Assembly: GCA_050506795.1 (NCBI GenBank)
Contig: JBJHCF010000022.1
Coordinates: forward strand, 1-64,000
Reading direction: 5' to 3'
Length of the DNA: 64,000 nucleotides
DNA from: Opitutia bacterium
GTDB taxonomy: Bacteria > Verrucomicrobiota > Verrucomicrobiia > Opitutales > T3Sed10-336
In this document: one piece after another, positions 39,519-49,467 of the stretch
Position numbering within the stretch: position 1 is the stretch's first letter
Layout: each line of letters starts with the position of its first letter
Notes under the pieces: model-generated
The model's database searches: none
Seen by the model: the letters and a program-made list of their open reading frames with translations, nothing else
What the model was told of the DNA's origin: nothing
Program-made: the position numbers and the translations under genes

Positions 39519-39947
39519 ACACGTCGACTTCGGCGGCAGAACTGACCGACCGGCTGATAGGAAATGGCTTTTAGCCCTCCGGGACGTTGGCTCGGAGTTT
39601 GGAACTGCAAGCGGGCATTTTCCATACCGAATACTTGCATTTCGGGATTTTAGGGTCAATCAATTCCGGTAACTGGAAATTCGAATTCTGTGGTCGTGTT
39701 TCGGCTTTCGTACGTATTCCGGGTAAATAAATCCCGGACGCTCGGGTGCTTCGAAGGAGCTCGCAAATTGTGCGTTGGCGGCCGGGTTGGTTCCATCCGG
39801 AAGCGGTCCACGGAGGCGCGGTGAACAGGGCGTGCGTCCGCCACTGCGGAGCGGCCGCCGGATTAGCACGGTGGATATGTAAAAGGCCTTCGGGCACGAG
39901 GTGGTTTTTAGGTTGATATCCGGTGGGAGGATGGCAGCCTGCTAATC

Positions 39948-40883
39948 ATGGAACGTCGCTCCTTTCTAAAGGCTTTTTCCGCCGGTGCGGCCGGCGGGGT
40001 ACTGCTCCCGGCTCTGGCCTCGGCCTCGCAGAACGGCACTGGGTCATCTTCCGGTCAGGTGACGTTGGGGATATCGAGTTATTCGTACTGGCATTTTGAT
40101 CCTGAGCGCACACCGATCCGGTATGTTATCGAGGAAGCGTCGAGGCTTGGGGTCCACGGGGTGGACATTTTGCACCGGCAGATGGAAAGTGAGGATTCGG
40201 CTTATATTCGGGCCCTTAAAAGACATGCCCTGGTTCACGGAGTCGCCCTGAATTGTCTATCGACCCACCAGAACTTTGTCAGTCCCGAGCCTGAAGTTCG
40301 CCAGCGCAGCATCGATGCGACCAATCGATTCATCCGGCTGGCGCATGATTTGGGCATTCCTTGCATTCGTATCAGTGCCGGCCGGTGGAACACGACCGGT
40401 TCGTTCGCTGAATTGATGCGATTGGAGGGCAAGGAGCCGCCGATCGAGGGTTATACCGAGGACGACGCTTTCGGTTGGTGCATTGAATCTCTCGAAAAAT
40501 GCGTTCCGGTTGCTGAAGAGCACGGAGTGGTTCTCGCTCTCGAAAACCATTGGGGCATGACACGCACCGCCGAGGGAGTGCTTCGAATCATGAACGCGGT
40601 CGATTCCCCCTGGCTGCGGGTCCTGATGGATACGGGAAACTTTCTGGAGAGAACCTACGAGCAGCTCGAGATGATCGCTCCCTACACCGTTTTCGTGCAG
40701 GCGAAAACCTATTACGGCGGCGGGCGTTTTTATACGCTGGACATTGATTATGACCGGGTCGCCGCCATCCTAAACAAGGTCGGTTACAAAGGGTACGTCG
40801 CCGTGGAATTTGAAGGCCATGCCCCGGCCGAAGAAGGGGTTTCCCAGAGTATTGATTTGTTGAGAAGGTCGTTCAGGCTGTAG
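39948..40883 (+). CDS. Tat-exported sugar phosphate isomerase/epimerase (AP endonuclease 2 TIM barrel)
   Basis: RRSFLK, LALENHWG, DTGNF, QAK, VEFEG. Confidence 0.9.
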   Translation: MERRSFLKAFSAGAAGGVLLPALASASQNGTGSSSGQVTLGISSYSYWHFDPERTPIRYVIEEASRLGVHGVDILHRQMESEDSAYIRALKRHALVHGVALNCLSTHQNFVSPEPEVRQRSIDATNRFIRLAHDLGIPCIRISAGRWNTTGSFAELMRLEGKEPPIEGYTEDDAFGWCIESLEKCVPVAEEHGVVLALENHWGMTRTAEGVLRIMNAVDSPWLRVLMDTGNFLERTYEQLEMIAPYTVFVQAKTYYGGGRFYTLDIDYDRVAAILNKVGYKGYVAVEFEGHAPAEEGVSQSIDLLRRSFRL

Positions 40884-41164
40884 TAATTTTTGGTTTTTTC
40901 CATCACCGTTTTTTATGGATAAATTGTCATCGAGACTGCGGGGGTGGAGTCCGGTTGCGCCGCGCCGTTGTCCGGATGAAGGAGTCGAATCTGTTCACTG
41001 GGCGCCGATCGCTGAACTGAGAGGGTGCCCGGATATTGCCGAAAAAAGCAAAAAACTCTCCGATAATGTCAAAGCAATGGCTTCTTGAACCTGTTATGCT
41101 GGCGGGCATAAGCTTCCAGTTCCCTTAGCTGTTAATAACTCACCAACACGTAATTCATTTTCGC

Positions 41165-43045
41165 ATGTCCTCCTTGCTTGATCGCATCGCAATCTGTAGC
41201 TGGTCGCTGCAACCGGACAGTGCCGACGCACTTTTCAACCAGGTAAGATCAGCTGGAATTCCTCGTATCCAGCTGGCTCTTGACCCATTGCGACTGGATC
41301 CGGACGGTTGGGATTGTTTTCTTGAACGCTGTAAGGATAACGAAATCGAGATCGTTTCGGGCATGTTCGTCACGGAGGGCGAGGATTATTCGTCTCTGGA
41401 GTCGATCCGTCGCACCGGGGGCATTGTTCCTGATGCCACTTGGGAGACAAACCTGAAAAATATTCGGTCCAACGCCGAAATCGCCGCCGCGTTCGGCTTG
41501 AATCTGGTGACCTTTCACGCAGGTTTTATGCCTCACGATCCCGGCGATCCTGATTTTGAAGTTCTGATTGGACGAGTCCGGGAGGTCGCTGACATCTTTG
41601 CGGCGAAGGGAATTGAGATTGCTCTCGAAACCGGACAGGAGGATGCCGAAACCCTCAGTTTGTTTTTAAAGGAACTGGCCCGGGCCGATGTAGGGGTTAA
41701 TTTTGATCCGGCCAACATGTTGCTCTATGACAAGGGGGATCCGATCAACGCATTGCGCGTCCTGAGCCCGTGGTTGAAACAATGCCACATCAAGGACGCG
41801 AAGAAAACCCTTCAGACCGGCACCTGGGGAGAGGAGGTTCCGGTGGGCGCCGGAGAGGTCGACTGGCCATCCTTTTTCAGCACGCTTCGTGAAGTCGATT
41901 TTACCGGCTATTGCGCAATTGAGCGGGAGGCGGGGGAGGAGCGCCTGAAGGATATTCGGACCGCGTGGGAATTCGTCGCTCCCCTGATTGGCGACCGAGC
42001 TGCGCTGATCCGTTCGGCGTCACCCGTTCGGATCGGGATTGTCGGTTCCGGTTTCATGGCGGCGACACATATCAAGGCTTACCAGAGACTGGAGGGCGCG
42101 AGAATCGTGGCGCTTTGCAATCCCAGCGGCCGGAACCTCGATGGAGATTTCTCACGTGTCACTGGAAATATCGGTTCCTCCGATCCGGTGCGCCTGGATA
42201 TGACGGGTGTCGAGACCTATCGTGATTTTGAACGGATGCTGGCCAACCCGTCGATCGACCTGGTTGATATCTGCTCGCCCACCCGCACTCACACGGCACT
42301 CACGGTTGCGGCCCTTCAAGCGGGCAAACACGTGCTTTGTGAAAAACCGATCGCCAGGAGAGCCGAGCAGGCCCGGAAGATGGCCAAAGCCGCGCGCGAG
42401 TCGTCGTCGTATTTCATGCCCGGCATGTGCCTGCGGTTTTGGCCGGAGTGGGCGTGGCTCAAGCGGACGATTGCGGAGAATCGCTACGGTAAAGTATTGG
42501 CGGCTCGCTTTCGGCGTGTCGCGGAGCCGCCGGCGTGGGGGCAAGCCAACTACTTTTCCGGGGAACACTCCGGTGGCGCCTTGTTCGATTTGCACGTGCA
42601 CGATACCGATTTCGTCCAGTACTGTTTCGGCAGGCCGCTTTCCGTCTTTTCCAGCGGATACTCGAAATTCAGCGGGGCGATCGATCACGTCGTCACCCAA
42701 TATACCGTGCCCGGCGGCGGCATGATTTACGCCGAGGGTGGTTGGGCCATGACCCCCGGATTTGGTTTCAGCATGGCTTATACGGTCAACTTTGAACGCG
42801 CCACGGCCGATTACGACATCACCCGAACAGAGGCGCCCCTGCGGCTTTTTGAGGAGGGTCAACCGCCGCGTGACGTTCGATGCGGAAGCGACGACGGGTA
42901 TTTTCTGGAACTCAAGTCTTTCCTGGATTCGATCCGTTCCGGAAAAGCTCCCTCGGTGGTTACTCCGGAGGACGGGGTGGTATCCCTGGAAATCTGTGAA
43001 GCCGAAGAAAAATCGGTGCAATCTGGTCGACCGGTGTCCCTCTAA
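41165..43045 (+). CDS. Fusion of a TIM-barrel isomerase/epimerase and a Gfo/Idh/MocA oxidoreductase
   Basis: N-half ETGQE, NFDPAN, HIKD, IERE; C-half VGSGFM, CEKP, DLHVHD. Confidence 0.88.
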   Translation: MSSLLDRIAICSWSLQPDSADALFNQVRSAGIPRIQLALDPLRLDPDGWDCFLERCKDNEIEIVSGMFVTEGEDYSSLESIRRTGGIVPDATWETNLKNIRSNAEIAAAFGLNLVTFHAGFMPHDPGDPDFEVLIGRVREVADIFAAKGIEIALETGQEDAETLSLFLKELARADVGVNFDPANMLLYDKGDPINALRVLSPWLKQCHIKDAKKTLQTGTWGEEVPVGAGEVDWPSFFSTLREVDFTGYCAIEREAGEERLKDIRTAWEFVAPLIGDRAALIRSASPVRIGIVGSGFMAATHIKAYQRLEGARIVALCNPSGRNLDGDFSRVTGNIGSSDPVRLDMTGVETYRDFERMLANPSIDLVDICSPTRTHTALTVAALQAGKHVLCEKPIARRAEQARKMAKAARESSSYFMPGMCLRFWPEWAWLKRTIAENRYGKVLAARFRRVAEPPAWGQANYFSGEHSGGALFDLHVHDTDFVQYCFGRPLSVFSSGYSKFSGAIDHVVTQYTVPGGGMIYAEGGWAMTPGFGFSMAYTVNFERATADYDITRTEAPLRLFEEGQPPRDVRCGSDDGYFLELKSFLDSIRSGKAPSVVTPEDGVVSLEICEAEEKSVQSGRPVSL

Positions 43046-43061
43046 TATCCTTAATTACTTT

Positions 43062-43853
43062 ATGAAAAAGCAAAACCACTTCCTTTTCACACGGGATCTT
43101 CCGCGGATGTCCTCACTTGTTATCGCGATTATGACCACCGGTGCAGTCGCTGCTACGGCCTTGGGCAATGACACGTCAGAGCAGGAAGGCTGGGTTTCAT
43201 TGTTCAACGGCGAAAACCTTGATGGATGGCGCGTTTCCGAGGCCGCCGCCCAGTCGTGGAGCGTGATCGATGGCGTGATCGATTGTGATCCCAGAACAAC
43301 CATATCCGGCGAGCGGGATATTTGGAGCGAGGACACCTTTGGCGATTTTATTCTCTACGCCGAGTGGCGTCTCACAGGCACCCCAACCGTCGAGACCTGG
43401 CCGTTGATCGCGCCTGATGGCGGGCATGTCAGGGATGATACCGGTGCCGTGGTTACGGCGACTTTTCCCAATGCTGATTCCGGGATTTATCTGCGGGGAA
43501 TGTCGAAGGCGCAGGTTAATATCTGGAACTGGCCGATCGGGTCGGGGGAAGTCTGGGGGTACCGTACGGACGAGAATATGCCTCCCGAAGTCCGCGCCGG
43601 CGTAACCCCAAGTGTCCGGGCTGATAATGAGCCCGGGGAGTGGAATACTTATGTCGTCACGATGATTGGTGATCGCCTTTCGGTCTTGTTGAATGGTCAG
43701 GTAGTGATCAATGGTGCTCAGTTGCCGGGAGTTGCCGATGAAGGCCCCATCGGCCTCCAGTATCATGGCGGATTTAATCATGAGACGGGTGAATACGGTC
43801 CGGCTTCCAGTTTGGTGCAGTTTCGCAATTTATTCGTGAAAGCATTGGATTGA
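43062..43853 (+). CDS. DUF1080 (3-keto-glycoside processing family) secreted protein
   Basis: GWVSLFNGENLDGW, DSGIYLRG, GEWN, GPIGLQYHG, FRNL. Confidence 0.9.
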   Translation: MKKQNHFLFTRDLPRMSSLVIAIMTTGAVAATALGNDTSEQEGWVSLFNGENLDGWRVSEAAAQSWSVIDGVIDCDPRTTISGERDIWSEDTFGDFILYAEWRLTGTPTVETWPLIAPDGGHVRDDTGAVVTATFPNADSGIYLRGMSKAQVNIWNWPIGSGEVWGYRTDENMPPEVRAGVTPSVRADNEPGEWNTYVVTMIGDRLSVLLNGQVVINGAQLPGVADEGPIGLQYHGGFNHETGEYGPASSLVQFRNLFVKALD

Positions 43854-43939
43854 GCCGACTCCTGCCAGGTTCGGAGAATCGAGAAAATCGTGTGTGGTCT
43901 AGCCGTGCTGAGATCTGGATACAGAGGGAGATAAGAAAG

Positions 43940-45415
43940 ATGAAAGAGCTCAAAAAGTGCGTAGGGTTCACCTTGTTTGGGCGAGTAATCAAGGGCCTTT
44001 TAACCACGCCAATGCTCTTTTTCGGCACAGAAACCGCCGCCGAATCTTCCGCGAACAGCGATAGGCCGAATGTCTTATTTATTGCCATCGACGATTGGCG
44101 CAACGACTTGCACGCGCTTGGAGTGGACCATGTGCAAACGCCCTACATGGATCGGTTCGCGGAGGAAAGCGTCCTTTTCAGTCAGCATTATGTCCAGGTG
44201 CCGACGTGCGGCGCGTCGCGAGCCACTTTACTGACCGGTTTGCGTGGTCCCCAGGCCGGGATGGGCAACAACGCCATACGTGAAAACCACGCTGATTGGG
44301 GCGGTCGCGTGCTTCCCCGCGTGTTTCGTCAACACGGGTACCAAACATTGGCGCTTGGAAAAATCACCCATTATCCCGGCGGTCTTGCAGGCGCGAACTG
44401 GGCCAGCCCTCCGGAGGAGTTGCCGGATGCGTGGGATCGAAGTTGGGTTCCGGAGGACAGCCCATGGGAATCGCCGGAAGCCATGATGCATGGGTATGCG
44501 AACGGCGTTCCGCGTGACCGCGGCAACTCGCCCGCGTGGGAGGCGCACGACGGACCCGACAAGAGTTATCCCGACGGATGGGTCGCCGAGGAGGCGGTGG
44601 AGGTCTTGAACCGCTTGGCCGAATTGGACCAACCCTGGTTTTTTGGCGTCGGCTTCTTTAAGCCGCATTTGCCATTTGCCGCGCCAAAAAAATACTTCGA
44701 CCTGTATGACCCGCACGAGATTCCCGCGCCGATTGACACCGCGCGTCACCCCGCCCCCTCCAGTTGGAATAGAAGCGGTGAATTGATGGGCAATTACGGA
44801 CACGACGGGAAGGATCCGTACAGCGATGAAGTGTACGCGCGCACCCTTCGCCATGCGTACGCGGCGTCCACGTCGTATGTGGACGCGCAGGTGGGAAAAG
44901 TCCTGGAGCGGGTGCGTGAACTGGATCTGATGGACGACCTTATCATCGTGATCTGGAGCGACCACGGCTTTGCGCTCGGAGAACGCGGCACATGGGCCAA
45001 ACACAATCTGTACGAAGCCGCTGTCCGCTCGCCCCTGCTCATCCGCTATCCGGGCATGGAGCGTGCCGGCTCCCTGTGCCACGCCACCGTCGAAACGGTC
45101 GATCTCTTTCCCACCTTGACGGAACTGGCCGGACTTCCCGCCCCCGAAGGCATTTACGGAACCTCCTTGAAACCCCTGCTGGACAATCCCGAAGCTCCAT
45201 CGCTCAAACCCGCATTTTCCCACTGGAGAGGCGAAGAAACCGTTCGCGATGATCGCTGGCGTATGATCGTGCAAGGTTCGGCCGCTGGTGACGACATCAG
45301 TGGTATTGAACTCTTCGATTTTGAAGAATCGGTGGAAGGCGTTCGCGTCGATCCCGACGACCACCCCGAGGTCGTCGAGCGCCTTTTGGATGCACTCATA
45401 ACCCAGTTTGACTGA
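43940..45415 (+). CDS. Sulfatase (iduronate-2-sulfatase-like S1)
   Basis: RPNVLFIAIDD, CGASR, GFFKPHLPF, WSDHG. Confidence 0.9.
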   Translation: MKELKKCVGFTLFGRVIKGLLTTPMLFFGTETAAESSANSDRPNVLFIAIDDWRNDLHALGVDHVQTPYMDRFAEESVLFSQHYVQVPTCGASRATLLTGLRGPQAGMGNNAIRENHADWGGRVLPRVFRQHGYQTLALGKITHYPGGLAGANWASPPEELPDAWDRSWVPEDSPWESPEAMMHGYANGVPRDRGNSPAWEAHDGPDKSYPDGWVAEEAVEVLNRLAELDQPWFFGVGFFKPHLPFAAPKKYFDLYDPHEIPAPIDTARHPAPSSWNRSGELMGNYGHDGKDPYSDEVYARTLRHAYAASTSYVDAQVGKVLERVRELDLMDDLIIVIWSDHGFALGERGTWAKHNLYEAAVRSPLLIRYPGMERAGSLCHATVETVDLFPTLTELAGLPAPEGIYGTSLKPLLDNPEAPSLKPAFSHWRGEETVRDDRWRMIVQGSAAGDDISGIELFDFEESVEGVRVDPDDHPEVVERLLDALITQFD

Positions 45416-45452
45416 AGCGCAGCCGCACGGAGGTCGTAGGGGTTCGCTTGCG

Positions 45453-45620
45453 CTCCGGCGTGACAGCCTTGTTCTTCGCGTTGCTGCGAGGCGAAGGTAA
45501 TTCGATGGCCTGCCAAGCCGTAGCCTCGCAGCCGAAAGGTGCGTGGGGTCCGCCTGCGCTCCGCTGTCGCGGAGTCTCCGGCGTGACAGCCTTTGCTCTT
45601 CGCGTTGCTGCGAGCGAAGG
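45453..45620. repeat. Two ~45-bp hairpin-forming direct repeats abutting the tRNA 3' end
   Basis: 45453-45497 and 45576-45620: ctccggcgtgacagcctt...ttcgcgttgctgcgag(g)cgaagg. Confidence 0.8.
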
Positions 45621-45621
45621 C

Positions 45622-45697
45622 TGGTGGAGCCGATCGGGATCGAACCGACGACCTCTACAATGCCATTGTAGCGCTCTTCCAACTGAGCTACGGCCCC
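45622..45697 (-). tRNA. tRNA-Ala (GGC)
   Basis: GGGGCCGTAGCTCAGTTGGAAGAGCG CTACA ATGGCAT TGTAG AGGTCGTCGGTTCGATCCCGATCGGCTCCACCA; 76 nt, encoded CCA, G3-U70. Confidence 0.97.
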
Positions 45698-45717
45698 ATT
45701 TTCCAAAGGAAAGATTA

Positions 45718-45746
45718 ATTAGAAATGGATCGGCGTTACTCGTCAA
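45718..45746 (-). promoter_or_regulatory. Candidate sigma70 promoter for tRNA-Ala
   Basis: TTGACG-17 nt-TCTAAT on the minus strand. Confidence 0.5.
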
Positions 45747-45780
45747 CCTTCAAGCTCGAAAAAAAATCCGTCGATCCGGT

Positions 45781-45809
45781 TTGACCGGTGAAGGCGGAGG
45801 TCATAGGTT
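45781..45809 (+). promoter_or_regulatory. Candidate sigma70 promoter for the 6S RNA
   Basis: TTGACC-17 nt-TAGGTT, ending 7 nt before the predicted 5' end. Confidence 0.6.
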
Positions 45810-45815
45810 TGAATT

Positions 45816-45999
45816 GAACATCCTGGAGGGTTCGAGCGTGTTTTTTAGAGCGCTCTTTGCCTTATTTCTCTAATTATGGGAGCTGGCCCCTGGGAATGAA
45901 TGTCGGGCCGTAAACCGGAAGGCAGACGTTTTCAGGAAAGCACCCACTTGTCCATCAAGGGACAAGAGCGAAATAACACACGGCCCAACCGGGATGTTC
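45816..45999 (+). ncRNA. ssrS: 6S RNA
   Basis: 184-nt rod. Pairings: gaacatcctgg/ccgggatgttc, cgtgtt/aacaca, cgctctt/aagagcg, gggagct/agcaccc, cctgggaatg/cgttttcagg. Central A/U-rich bubble; GGGAGC, CACCCAC and ACGGC motifs; followed by a T6 run. Confidence 0.8.
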
Positions 46000-46008
46000 T
46001 TTTTTACC

Positions 46009-46857
46009 TCAATCGACTTCGTAGCCGATCAGGGTGATTCCGCGCCGTTCGGCGTCGCGCACGACCTTGTCCTTTTCCAGCATGATCGTGTTTTCGGCCT
46101 CCAATGCTGCCATTGAAATTCCGGCTTCCTCCAGTACTTCGAGGGTGCGCAGGCCGAACATGGGAACGTCAAAGCGATAATCCTGATTTGGTTTCACCGT
46201 TTTAACGAATAGGGCTTCGTTGGTTTTGAATTCTCCGGCGCGGTAGAGCATGGCGTCGGTCCCTTCAAACGCTTCGACCGCCAGCACCGTGCCCTTGCGC
46301 ACCACCACGCCCTGGCCGATGTCGAGCCGGGCGACTTCTTTGGCGATGCGAATTCCGTGTTCGAGGTCGTGGGGCTCCGGACGGCGTTTGCCGCGTGCCA
46401 TCAAACCGGGGGTGGCGACGTGGTTATCGAGAAATACCCGGGCGTCGAGTTGTTTTACCCCGATTTTCCGGATCTCTTCTGCCACCGCACCGAAAATGGT
46501 CTCGGCATTTCTTTCCTTGAGCGATGTCAGGATGGCCACCGCCTTCAGGTCCGGGTGCAAGCCGCGGAAGAGTCTCCGAGGTGTGATCCGTCCCGCCATC
46601 ACGACGTAATTGGCCTCCAGGCGGCGAAGATTTTTCAGCATCTTCCCCAGTTGCCCGACCTTGATAACGGCGCGCTCGGTTTCGTGGAAGGCATCGACCA
46701 GGGAGTGATCGGTTTCCTCGTGGAAACCGATTAGTCGCACCGGAATTGAGTGCTCCCGCAGGGCCGCCACGACCATGGCGGGGTATGCCCCCTGTCCGGC
46801 CATCACGACGACCGGACCGCGGGTGTCGAAATCCGGCGGCAGAAAACGTGAGATCAT
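46009..46857 (-). CDS. lpxI: UDP-2,3-diacylglucosamine diphosphatase
   Basis: AG.G.YP, DIGQGVVV, AVEAFEGTDAM, KP.QD.RFDVP. Confidence 0.92.
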   Translation of the reverse strand: MISRFLPPDFDTRGPVVVMAGQGAYPAMVVAALREHSIPVRLIGFHEETDHSLVDAFHETERAVIKVGQLGKMLKNLRRLEANYVVMAGRITPRRLFRGLHPDLKAVAILTSLKERNAETIFGAVAEEIRKIGVKQLDARVFLDNHVATPGLMARGKRRPEPHDLEHGIRIAKEVARLDIGQGVVVRKGTVLAVEAFEGTDAMLYRAGEFKTNEALFVKTVKPNQDYRFDVPMFGLRTLEVLEEAGISMAALEAENTIMLEKDKVVRDAERRGITLIGYEVD

Positions 46858-46915
46858 ACCGGCGTTGTCGGGTGACGACGACGCCGGGGGTCTGACGGCG
46901 GTTTTTTACAACCGG

Positions 46916-48232
46916 TCATGCCTTGGCCAGCGCCTGATCGATATCGGCCTGAATGTCCTCGAAATCCTCGATACCCAATGCCAGGCGAACGAAGTCGTCG
47001 GTGACCCCTGTTGTCGCCTGTTCGTCGGGAGTCAACTGCGAGTGGGTGGTGCTGGCAGGGTGAATCGCCAGGGACTTCGCGTCGCCGATGTTCGCCAGGT
47101 GACTGAAAAGGTGGAGGTTCTCGATAAATTTGCGCCCGGCGTCATGTCCGCCCTTGATGCCGAATCCGACCAGCGGACCATATCGGCCGCCCAGGTACTT
47201 TTGGGCGGCGGAGTGGCTCGGGTGGTCTTTCAGACCCGGATAGTTCACCCAGGCGACCTTGTCATGGCCGGCCAGGAACTCAGCGGTCTTCAGGGCGTTC
47301 TCGCAGTGCCGTTCGATGCGCAGGTGCAGGGTTTCCGCTCCCTGGAGGAAAAGGAAGGCGTTGGTCGGGGACATGCAGGCGCCCATGTCGCGCAACAGTT
47401 GCAGGCGCATCTTCATGATGTAGGCGATGTTGATGCCGCCGAACGGCTCAAACGCCTGGAAGGCGTCCCAGTGCACCAGTCCGTGGTAACTCGGGTCCGG
47501 CTCGATGAAATCGGGGAATTTGCCGTTGCCCCAGTTGAAGTTCCCGCCGTCGACCACCATCCCTCCGATCGAAGTGCCGTGACCGCCGATGTACTTGGTG
47601 GTGCTGTGGACCACGACGTTGGCGCCCCATTCGATAGGGCGGCAGATAATGGGGGCCGCGGTGTTGTCGATCACCAGCGGCAGTTCCGCTTCGATTGCGA
47701 TTTTCGCCACTTCTTCGAAGGGAAAAATGTTCAGGCGCGGGTTGCCGATGGTTTCCCCGAAAAGGAGTTTGGTGTTCGGTTTGATGGCCTTGCGGAAGGA
47801 ATCGGGGTCCTCCGCGTCGACGAAGGAAACCTCGATGCCCAGCTTGGGCAGGGTGTAGTGAAAGAGATTGTAGGTGCCGCCGTAAAGCTGGGAGACGGAC
47901 ACGATGTGATCGCCCGAGCGGCAGATGTTGAGGATGGAGTTGGTCACCGCCGCCGAACCGCTGGAGTGGGCGAGGCCGGCGACCCCGGATTCGAGCGCGG
48001 CGATGCGCTTTTCCAGGACGTCCACCGTCGGGTTCATGATCCGGGTGTAGATGTTACCCAGTTCCTTCAGTCCGAAAAGATTGGCCGCGTGCTCGGTGTC
48101 GCGGAAGACGTAGCTGGTCGTCTGGTAGATCGGTACGGCGCGGGCTCCGGTGGTGGGATCGGGTTCCTGCCCGGCGTGAACGGCTTTGGTGCCAAGACCT
48201 TTGATGGAGTTTTTCGACATGGCATTCATCAA
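46916..48232 (-). CDS. metY: O-acetylhomoserine aminocarboxypropyltransferase (start possibly 48220)
   Basis: [47 protein letters not shown]. Confidence 0.93.
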   Translation of the reverse strand: MMNAMSKNSIKGLGTKAVHAGQEPDPTTGARAVPIYQTTSYVFRDTEHAANLFGLKELGNIYTRIMNPTVDVLEKRIAALESGVAGLAHSSGSAAVTNSILNICRSGDHIVSVSQLYGGTYNLFHYTLPKLGIEVSFVDAEDPDSFRKAIKPNTKLLFGETIGNPRLNIFPFEEVAKIAIEAELPLVIDNTAAPIICRPIEWGANVVVHSTTKYIGGHGTSIGGMVVDGGNFNWGNGKFPDFIEPDPSYHGLVHWDAFQAFEPFGGINIAYIMKMRLQLLRDMGACMSPTNAFLFLQGAETLHLRIERHCENALKTAEFLAGHDKVAWVNYPGLKDHPSHSAAQKYLGGRYGPLVGFGIKGGHDAGRKFIENLHLFSHLANIGDAKSLAIHPASTTHSQLTPDEQATTGVTDDFVRLALGIEDFEDIQADIDQALAKA

Positions 48233-48304
48233 AACGGCTCTCCGACGCTAGTCAAGAAATCCGGTTCCGGGACGGCGGCCATTTCTTCGAATGGCGGCCG
48301 GGTG

Positions 48305-49420
48305 TTATGGCATCACGACCAGGGCGTCGCGGTGCACGACCTCCAGGCGTTTGCGGCGGGGATGGATCGCTTGCAGTTCGGTGGCCTTCTTTCCCAGGAT
48401 GTCGCGGACCTCGTCCGCACTGTACCGGCTGACCCCGCGGGCGAAGATCTGGCGATCCCGGTGCCCGGCAATATTGACGATGTCGCCGGATTGAAAGTTT
48501 CCCTGGACCTCCTTGACGCCGATGGCGAGGAGGCTGGAACCGCTTTCGCGGAGGGCCCGCTGCGCGCCGTCATCGACCAGGACGGTCCCATGCGGCCGTT
48601 CGAAAAACGCCAGCCACCGTTTTTTGGCTTCCATGGGCAGGCCGCTGGGGACGAAGAAGGTTCCCTGGGCTTCGCCGCGCAGCAGGCGGGGAATGATATC
48701 GGTTTCGGAGCCAGAGGCGATGAATACGCCGCAACCGGAGCGGTTGGCGATTCGGGCGGCGCCGATTTTGGTGATCATGCCGCCGACCGCGGTCGCGCTC
48801 TTGGTGCCGCCGGCGAGGCGTTCTATTTCCGGAGTGATCTTTTCAACCACCGGCACGACCGCTCCCTCCTTGTCGAGGTCCATCAAGCCGGGGACGGTGG
48901 AAAGGATAAACAAGAAGTCGGCGTTGGTGAGACTGGCGACCATGGCGGAAAGGACGTCGTTGTCGCCGAACTTGATCTCGGCTGCGCTGACGGAATCGTT
49001 TTCGTTGACCACCGGTACCACCCCTTCGCTCAGGAGATGGTTCAGGGTGTTTCTGGCGGCGATGTGCCGGGGGCGGGAACGCAGGTCGTCGCGGGTAACC
49101 AGGAGTTGGCCGACGTGGGTGTCGAAAGGCTCGAAGCCTTGCTGCCAGAGCTGGATCAGGATGCTTTGGCCAATGGCGGCACAGGCCTGGAGACGTTCGA
49201 GCTTTTGCGGACGCCTTTTGAGTCCCAGACGGGCCATTCCCAGGCCGACCGCACCGGAACTGACCACGATAACATCGGCGCCCTGACCGCGAAGGTCATT
49301 GATCTGCCGGCATATCTCGGCAATGCGCGAAGTATCGATGCCGGCGGTTTCGTTGGTGAGAATGCCGGTTCCGAGTTTTACGACCACACGCCGTGGGCTC
49401 AGAGGAAACGTGCTCTGCAT
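48305..49420 (-). CDS. proB: Glutamate 5-kinase with PUA domain (alternative GTG start at 49471)
   Basis: VVVKLGT, VSSGAV, NENDSV, FGDND, GGMITKI. Confidence 0.95.
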   Translation of the reverse strand: MQSTFPLSPRRVVVKLGTGILTNETAGIDTSRIAEICRQINDLRGQGADVIVVSSGAVGLGMARLGLKRRPQKLERLQACAAIGQSILIQLWQQGFEPFDTHVGQLLVTRDDLRSRPRHIAARNTLNHLLSEGVVPVVNENDSVSAAEIKFGDNDVLSAMVASLTNADFLFILSTVPGLMDLDKEGAVVPVVEKITPEIERLAGGTKSATAVGGMITKIGAARIANRSGCGVFIASGSETDIIPRLLRGEAQGTFFVPSGLPMEAKKRWLAFFERPHGTVLVDDGAQRALRESGSSLLAIGVKEVQGNFQSGDIVNIAGHRDRQIFARGVSRYSADEVRDILGKKATELQAIHPRRKRLEVVHRDALVVMP

Positions 49421-49467
49421 TGAAAGTGTTTGTCCGGGGCGATTTCGCGCGCCCGGAGTCGGAGAGG

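Noticed and set aside
39760..39900. Cobalamin riboswitch or glmS ribozyme
   Set aside because: Only GCCACTG is present; the other conserved motifs were not found.
45453..45620. Possible CRISPR array
   Set aside because: Only two 45-bp units with a structured spacer, and no cas genes.
44228..45706. 492-aa - strand ORF
   Set aside because: Reads through the tRNA and repeats and lies antisense to a clear sulfatase.
48233..48304. SAM riboswitch upstream of metY
   Set aside because: The spacer is only about 70 nt and has no recognisable aptamer motif.
46775..49423. 882-aa + strand ORF
   Set aside because: Antisense shadow of metY and proB in high-GC DNA; no recognisable motifs.
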